From NCBI GenBank assembly GCA_963708025.1, contig CAVPSB010000040.1, positions 1 to 20,648 of the forward strand: a DNA stretch of 20,648 nt, given 5' to 3'. The stretch is from an uncultured Candidatus Rokubacteria bacterium. Its GTDB lineage: Bacteria; Methylomirabilota; Methylomirabilia; Rokubacteriales; DASRDR01. The notes under the pieces are model-generated. The model was not told the origin of the DNA, did not search any database, and saw nothing but the letters and a program-made list of their open reading frames with translations. Positions 15,119-20,648 of this stretch are shown here, piece after piece (the first letter of the stretch is position 1; each line of letters starts with the position of its first letter). A program made the position numbers and the translations under genes.

Positions 15119-17203
15119 TCAGTGGCCTTCGGGGGAGCTCGGGGCCGAGCTGGTCCTGAGGATCCGGACGGTCAGGAGCAGGAGGACGGCCACCGCCCCG
15201 AGGATCGCTCCCCACAGGAGGAGCGAAGGCGGCACGTCCCCCAGGTAGTCGCCGGCCCCGCGCCGGAAGGCCGCGTTGGTCTCGATGGGGTCGGCCTCGA
15301 CGGCTACCGGGGAGTACGCCAGGATCTCCTTCCGGAGGCTCGCGATGTCGTAGCGCGGCGGCTGGGCCTGGGCGTTGCCGATGAGCAGGCGGTAGGCGCC
15401 GGGCGCCGCCTTGAAGGCGAGGCGCGGCACCCGGACGACGCCCTGGACCCGCACGAGGGTGAGCGGCGCGTTGTCCCCCTCGTTGATCTCCAGGAAGAGC
15501 TCGCCCACCCGGGACCCGTCGAGCGCGAGGACGATCGGTTCGGGGCCGGCCGGCGCACCCGGAGTCACGGGACGGCCCGCGGGCTCGGCCGACCGCGCGA
15601 GCGTGCCGGCGAAGAGCGTCCGCTCGCCGCCGCGCGACCCCGGCGGGGCCGGGGCCAGGAGCCGGGCCGGCCGGCTGAAGAAGGCCTCCCCGAAGACCAG
15701 CTCGACGGCGGCGAGCGGAAGCGACAGGGCCTTCCCCGAGCTCTCGTCGAGCGCCACCAGCCGGTAGCGGCTCGGTGCCCGCGCCGCCGGCGCCGGCCGA
15801 CCCACGGTCAGCGCAAGCCGGCTCTCGGCGGCACCTCGCTCCAGGACGTAGGGCACCTGGCGGCCGGCCTCGTCGACGATCCGGAGATCGCCGAGGTCCG
15901 GTCCGGCCAGCGCGAGGTCCGCCGCGGCGAGGCGCACCGTGTAGAGATCCTCCCGCTCCGCGATGGTGACGCGGCGGACGCCTCGCCACCCGGCCACCTC
16001 CACCGGGGCGCCCCGGGTCGCCACGAACGGCAGCGGAGGCTCCTTGCGGAACCGGGGGTTCGACTCCTCGGCGCCCAGCGCGGCGCCGGCGAAGGCCGGG
16101 CTCAGGCCGAGCCGTCCCTTGAGGGGCTCGAGATCGTAGACCGGCGCGCGCGTCGCGTCGTTCCCGTAGTAGATGGTGAGCGGCCCGGTGACGGCCGGGA
16201 ACAGGAGGCGCGTCGCGGGGCTGGCGACGGCCACGCGCAGGTTCCGGAGCGGCGGGCTGTCGCCGTCGTGGATCTCGAGGACCAGCTCTCCGCCTCGCGA
16301 CGGGCGCACGGGCAGCGCGAGGGCCTCCCCGGCCAGCGCCTCGTCGGCGAGCTTCAGGCGGTACAGGAGGCGCTCCCCGAGCACCTCCTCCTCGCGCCGG
16401 CCACCCACCTCGCGGACGTCGTACAGGACGGCGCGCCGGGAGAACGCGGGATCGTCCATCTCCACCTCGAGCGTCTCGAAGGGGAAGCCGCGCGGCAGGT
16501 CGAGGGCGTAGCGGCTGAGCCGGGCACCCGACTGGACCCGCTGGAGCCGGACCGGACGTCGCCACTGCTCGGCCGGGATGCGCCGGGTGGCCGACGCGAC
16601 GGCGCCGACGATCTCGACCGGCCGCGACCGGGTGTCGTCGGCCGTGAGCCGCACGTAGCGCGCCGTCAGCCGCTCGGGAAGCGCCACCGTCGTGTGGTGG
16701 ACCCGGACGCTCCACGGCCGGTCGAAGATCCCAGCGTCCTCGCGGACCAGGCGCCACGCCCGCTCGTCGTCCGAGACCTCCACGCGGAGCCGCTTGGCGA
16801 AGTCCTGCTGCGGGACGTCGAGCACGAGCGTGTCGAAGGTCCGCGGCGCCCCGAGATCGACGACCCAGACGCTGCGGCGCCGAGCCTCCCGCGCCACGTC
16901 GGCCAGCCGGCCGGGCCACGCCGGCACGGACTCCCGGGACACCGCCCGATCGAGCACGTACTGGATCTCGAGGCCGTCGGCGCCGACCAGCCGGACGTCG
17001 CGGAGATCCGGCTGGGAGCGAGCGCCCACCTCGGGCGCCAGCACGAGCGCGGCGAAGGGAAGCCGCGCGTCGGCCGCCGGCAGGGTGACGCTCCGCCGGT
17101 AGCGCCAGGCCGCCCGCTCCTCGTCCAGGTCGGCGGCCGCCGCCGCCAGCACGGACGCCACGAGGAGCGCGCCGGCCATGCCCGCCCGGGCGAGACGGCT
17201 CAC
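15119..17203 (-). CDS. DUF3999-like exported protein with two tandem modules and a C-terminal membrane anchor (694 aa)
   Basis: Signal peptide; the pattern WRYRR..DLRDVRL..YVL..GDSPPL..YYGN..APVYDL occurs twice; C-terminal LLLWGAILGAVAVLLLLTVRIL; GTGA coupling to the upstream gene. Confidence 0.8.
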   Translation of the reverse strand: MSRLARAGMAGALLVASVLAAAAADLDEERAAWRYRRSVTLPAADARLPFAALVLAPEVGARSQPDLRDVRLVGADGLEIQYVLDRAVSRESVPAWPGRLADVAREARRRSVWVVDLGAPRTFDTLVLDVPQQDFAKRLRVEVSDDERAWRLVREDAGIFDRPWSVRVHHTTVALPERLTARYVRLTADDTRSRPVEIVGAVASATRRIPAEQWRRPVRLQRVQSGARLSRYALDLPRGFPFETLEVEMDDPAFSRRAVLYDVREVGGRREEEVLGERLLYRLKLADEALAGEALALPVRPSRGGELVLEIHDGDSPPLRNLRVAVASPATRLLFPAVTGPLTIYYGNDATRAPVYDLEPLKGRLGLSPAFAGAALGAEESNPRFRKEPPLPFVATRGAPVEVAGWRGVRRVTIAEREDLYTVRLAAADLALAGPDLGDLRIVDEAGRQVPYVLERGAAESRLALTVGRPAPAARAPSRYRLVALDESSGKALSLPLAAVELVFGEAFFSRPARLLAPAPPGSRGGERTLFAGTLARSAEPAGRPVTPGAPAGPEPIVLALDGSRVGELFLEINEGDNAPLTLVRVQGVVRVPRLAFKAAPGAYRLLIGNAQAQPPRYDIASLRKEILAYSPVAVEADPIETNAAFRRGAGDYLGDVPPSLLLWGAILGAVAVLLLLTVRILRTSSAPSSPEGH

Positions 17204-20200
17204 GACAGCCGCTCGCGCAGGACGACGAAGCGCTGGTAGAGCAGCGACACCAGGATGAGGGCGACGCCGAGCCCGAGGAAGGACAGGATACGGTAGACCC
17301 CTTCGAGCGCCGACAGGTCGTAGAGGAACACCTTCGCCGCGGTGAGGACCAGGAAGCCGAGGGAGACGTAGCGCACGGGGCGGATCTTGCGCCAGAGCCC
17401 CACCAGGAGCAGCCCGAGGGCGTAGAGGCCCCAGGCCACCGACATGGTCAGGTCCCGGCTGAAGTGCCGCTCGACGCTCAGCTCCACGTACCGCCCCGCG
17501 GAGAAGAAGTCGATGATCTCGAGGTTGAGCAGCCAGAAGACCAGGAGCAGGCCCAGGGCGGCCGCCCCGGGCGCCAGGAGCCGGCGATCCCCGTCGATCA
17601 CGTCGTGCGCCGGCTCGGCGCCCCGCGCCGCTTCCGCCCGGGTCAGCCACGCCGCGCCGACGAAGGCGCAGAGCGCGGGGACGCCGTAGGTGTAGAGCAG
17701 CCAGTTGAGGATGGGGAGGCCCCGCTCCCCGTAGGTCAGGACCTCGAGGTTGGCGAGCAGCCGTACCCCGACCAGCACGTAGAGGATTGCCCCGAAGTAC
17801 TTGAGCCCGGGGTGCGGGAGCCTCCCGAAGAGCCACCAGACCGCCGCCGCCTCGAGGGCCCACCCGAGGGTGATCCACTGGCGACCCACCTGGAGCGGGA
17901 TCGCCAGCGCCACGAAGCCCAGCGCCAGCGCCGCGAAGAGGGCCAGGTAGTCCAGCCGCAGCTTCCGCGCCCGTTCGGGGCCGCCCGGCGGGAAGCGCCG
18001 GGACACGCCGGCCAGGGCGGCGACCGAGAGCGCGGCGAGCAGGACCGGCAGCACCGCGATCCACGCCTTCCCCCACCCCGCCACGACGGCCCGGTAGAGC
18101 ACCAGGAAGAACGCGGGACCGGCCAGCGCCGAGGTGACCCAGGGCAGCGGCCGCTCCCTCCCGCCCGACGTCATCGACACGGGCAGGACGAAGGGCAGGA
18201 CGAGGAACGCCAGGTAGAGCCCGGCGTAGGCGGCGAGGATCGCGGGGAAGTGCGACAGGCGGAAGGCCACCTCGTGCCAGAGCGTCGCGAAGCCCGCCGC
18301 CGCCACGAGCGCGACGACCACGAGCTCCGTCCAGTCACGGCGGAGGGCCGACACGACGAGGAGGGCCAGGATCACGGCCAGGCTGGTGAAGAGCGGCCAC
18401 GGGTCGCTCGCCAGCCCGGGCCGGGCCAGGCAGAGGAAGAGGCCGTTCAGCGCGACGACGGTCGCGCCCACGGCTCCCAGCTGGTCGTCGTCGGGCGACA
18501 CCGCGGCGGACCGCGCCGGCGCGGCCGTCCGGACCACCCGGCGGGCCGACGCGAGCGAGATCGCGATCGCCAGGAGGAGGGGGACGGCGAGGTTCCGCAG
18601 CAGGGTCGCGCCGCCGGTGTGCTCGAAGAACCACGCCTGGGTGAGGATCGCGAGCGCCACCGGACCCCCCGCGGCCACGCCGGGCAGGCGGCCCTCGCCG
18701 CTCCGCTCCAGGAGGAGGCCGGTCAGCGCGGCGAGCAGGACGAGGAACACCCAGGGCGGCTCGCCGAGCCCCCGCACGACGAGGACGAGCGTGAAGAGGC
18801 CCAGGCCGCCCGCGGCGATCAGCCCGGCCAGCTCGACGAGGCCGCGCGACTCCTCCAGCAACCCGGGCGCGAGCCGGCGGGCCAGGCGGGCCGGGGCGTT
18901 CAGGAGCGCCGCCAGCACGATCGCCGCCAGGCTCGGGCCCCACAGGGTCGCCGGGGTCAGGCCCTTGTCCGCCCAGAGCGGCAGGAACATCGCGGTGGCG
19001 ACCGCGCCGCCCAGGAGCAGCGGGAGCTGGTGCCGGAGGAGGGCCACCGCGACGAGGGCGGCGTCGAGCAAACCCACGTACCCGAACAGGAGCGGCCACT
19101 CGCCCGCGTAGGCGCGCCGGCGGGCGAGGACCAGGGAGAAGACGAAGGGCACGATCCCGCCCAGCACGCCGGCCCGGAGGAGCGTCTCCTGTCCCGGCTC
19201 GCGGGCGATCAGCGGAAGGCCCGCGTACAGGAGGCCCAGGGCCAGGAATGCGCCCAGGCCCACCAGCATCTTCCCGGGCGCCATGTACTTCCCGAACCAG
19301 CCGAGCTCGATGATGACCGTGCCGGCCAGAGCCAGGACGACGAGGAGGCTCCAGCCCCGCCGGCGGCCGATCGCGAGGACGCCGAGGTTCAGGAGAATGA
19401 GGTAGGCGAAGAGGGCGACCGGCCGGTCCTCGCCGGTGGACAGGACGATCGGGGTCGCGAAGCCGCCGAGGATCCCCAGCGCCGCGGTGAACATCGCGTC
19501 GTACCGGATCGCCACCACGCCGGCCAGGACGGTGACCAGCGCCATGAGCGCGAAGGTCGGCCCGAGCCCGACGAGATGGAAGAGGCTGTGGGCGGCGAAG
19601 AACGCGATGTACAGGATCGCGATGCCCGCGCCGGAGACGGAGTTGGCGGTGGTCGAGTATCCCTTCCGCAAGCTGAGCTCGGCCCAGACGAGGGCGCCCA
19701 CTCCCGCCACCAGCATGAGGGCCACCCGGACCTCGGGCGTGATCACACCGCGGTCGATGGCCAGCTTGGCCAGCAGGATGCCGGCGATGACGAACGCGAT
19801 CCCGCCCGCCCATGCCGCGCCCTTGAGCCCCAGCAGGCTCTCCCAGTCGAAGCCGGGCCGGGAGGGCGCCGGGGGACCCGGCGGCGGTTCGTCGCCCGCG
19901 TCTCCCGGCGGGGGCGGCGGAGCGGCCGGCGCGGACCACACCGAGACCGGCTCCGGCAGCGGCTCCGGCACCGGCGGAGGCGCCGGGGGAGCGGGCAACG
20001 GTGGCGTCGGCGGGACGGGGGAGGGCGTCACCGGGGGACGCGGCTCCGGGGGTGGTGACAGGGTCGGCGCCGGCGCCACGGTGGGCATCGGCGCCGGCTC
20101 CGGCACGGGGATGACGGGTGGCGCGGCCGGGCCTGGCGCGGGGGCCGGAGCCGGGGCCGGAGGTGGCTCCGGCGGCGCCATGGGCGGTGCCCCGATCCGG

Positions 20201-20343
20201 GCTTCGAGGGCCCTCAGCTCGGCCTGGAGGTCGGTCACCTGCCGGCGGAGCTGGCTGCCGCGGGCTAGCGCCACGATCGCGATGATCGGGGTGGCGACGA
20301 ACAGCAGCGCGACCAGGAAGAGCGCGGGGATCAGGCCATCCAC
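17200..20343 (-). CDS. DUF2339-like polytopic membrane protein with Pro-rich linker (1047 aa)
   Basis: N-terminal TM helix and coiled coil, Pro-rich linker, WESLLG..W.GG, GILGGFATP, C-terminal KVFLYDLSALEGVYRILSFLGLG; SD AGGAGG before the GTG at 20343. Confidence 0.88.
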   Translation of the reverse strand: MDGLIPALFLVALLFVATPIIAIVALARGSQLRRQVTDLQAELRALEARIGAPPMAPPEPPPAPAPAPAPGPAAPPVIPVPEPAPMPTVAPAPTLSPPPEPRPPVTPSPVPPTPPLPAPPAPPPVPEPLPEPVSVWSAPAAPPPPPGDAGDEPPPGPPAPSRPGFDWESLLGLKGAAWAGGIAFVIAGILLAKLAIDRGVITPEVRVALMLVAGVGALVWAELSLRKGYSTTANSVSGAGIAILYIAFFAAHSLFHLVGLGPTFALMALVTVLAGVVAIRYDAMFTAALGILGGFATPIVLSTGEDRPVALFAYLILLNLGVLAIGRRRGWSLLVVLALAGTVIIELGWFGKYMAPGKMLVGLGAFLALGLLYAGLPLIAREPGQETLLRAGVLGGIVPFVFSLVLARRRAYAGEWPLLFGYVGLLDAALVAVALLRHQLPLLLGGAVATAMFLPLWADKGLTPATLWGPSLAAIVLAALLNAPARLARRLAPGLLEESRGLVELAGLIAAGGLGLFTLVLVVRGLGEPPWVFLVLLAALTGLLLERSGEGRLPGVAAGGPVALAILTQAWFFEHTGGATLLRNLAVPLLLAIAISLASARRVVRTAAPARSAAVSPDDDQLGAVGATVVALNGLFLCLARPGLASDPWPLFTSLAVILALLVVSALRRDWTELVVVALVAAAGFATLWHEVAFRLSHFPAILAAYAGLYLAFLVLPFVLPVSMTSGGRERPLPWVTSALAGPAFFLVLYRAVVAGWGKAWIAVLPVLLAALSVAALAGVSRRFPPGGPERARKLRLDYLALFAALALGFVALAIPLQVGRQWITLGWALEAAAVWWLFGRLPHPGLKYFGAILYVLVGVRLLANLEVLTYGERGLPILNWLLYTYGVPALCAFVGAAWLTRAEAARGAEPAHDVIDGDRRLLAPGAAALGLLLVFWLLNLEIIDFFSAGRYVELSVERHFSRDLTMSVAWGLYALGLLLVGLWRKIRPVRYVSLGFLVLTAAKVFLYDLSALEGVYRILSFLGLGVALILVSLLYQRFVVLRERLS

Positions 20344-20480
20344 CGGGGCCTCCTGCCCCCCTCGGCTCGGCACGACCTGGAACAGGCCGGGGTGACCCCA
20401 TATGCTACGGCCGGCCCCGCGGCCGGCGAAGGTATTTGCAGCCGGACGGAAGGGCCGGATTTCTCAGGCGAGGCTCGCTC

Positions 20481-20503
20481 CACCCTCCCCTGGAGGGAGA
20501 GGG
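20481..20503. repeat. Second, degenerate copy of the CCCTC(T)CCC/GGGAGAGGG hairpin
   Basis: CCCTCCCCT-gg-AGGGAGAGGG. Confidence 0.6.
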
Positions 20504-20639
20504 CTCCGCGGAGGCCGCTGACCCGCGGGGGCCCGGGCTCGCCGCCCGGACGGGCGGACCCTGCTGCCCTTCCGGCGGTTGTTCCTGCTCGCGACCCGCT
20601 AGGCCGAAGTCTGCCCAGGCCCCTGCCACAACCTTGGGG

Positions 20640-20645
20640 TTGACA
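20640..20645 (+). promoter_or_regulatory. Consensus -35 hexamer TTGACA, probably for a gene beyond the window
   Basis: Perfect hexamer in intergenic DNA at the window edge; the -10 is not visible. Confidence 0.3.
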
Positions 20646-20648
20646 CTC

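Noticed and set aside
20392..20643. Short ORFs at the right end
   Set aside because: No protein-like features; the region contains a repeat hairpin and promoter-like hexamers, so it is treated as intergenic.

Overview
Very GC-rich bacterial DNA; the style is compatible with Rokubacteria/Methylomirabilota, but that is an inference only. Three zones. (1) 1-3640 is a decaying accessory region: an internally deleted secreted-protein remnant, a Trp-rich ASCH/PUA-like ORF, a lower-GC secreted CARDB gene placed at the truncation point of a triple-frameshifted ECF42-type sigma factor, one intact and one degenerate DGPF/YciI gene, and a RelE/ParE toxin-antitoxin pair with a frameshifted toxin. (2) 3995-15073 holds a HEAT-repeat lipoprotein and an MFS transporter, then an apparently undescribed catabolic divergon. 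Its minus arm encodes an ABM-like protein, two tandem quinone-oxidoreductase paralogues, an anhydrofructose-reductase-like Gfo/Idh/MocA enzyme, an M24 metallohydrolase and two CUT1 ABC permeases with no binding protein or ATPase. Its plus arm encodes a divergent D-2-hydroxyacid dehydrogenase. Several of these enzymes have non-canonical active-site motifs. (3) 15119-20343 is a coupled DUF2339-like membrane protein and an internally duplicated DUF3999-like surface protein. Intergenic DNA carries a 126-bp nested palindrome (MITE-like), CCCTCTCCC/GGGAGAGGG REP-like hairpins, and a hairpin covering the lipoprotein's ribosome-binding site. Family assignments come from motif recognition by eye, not database searches.
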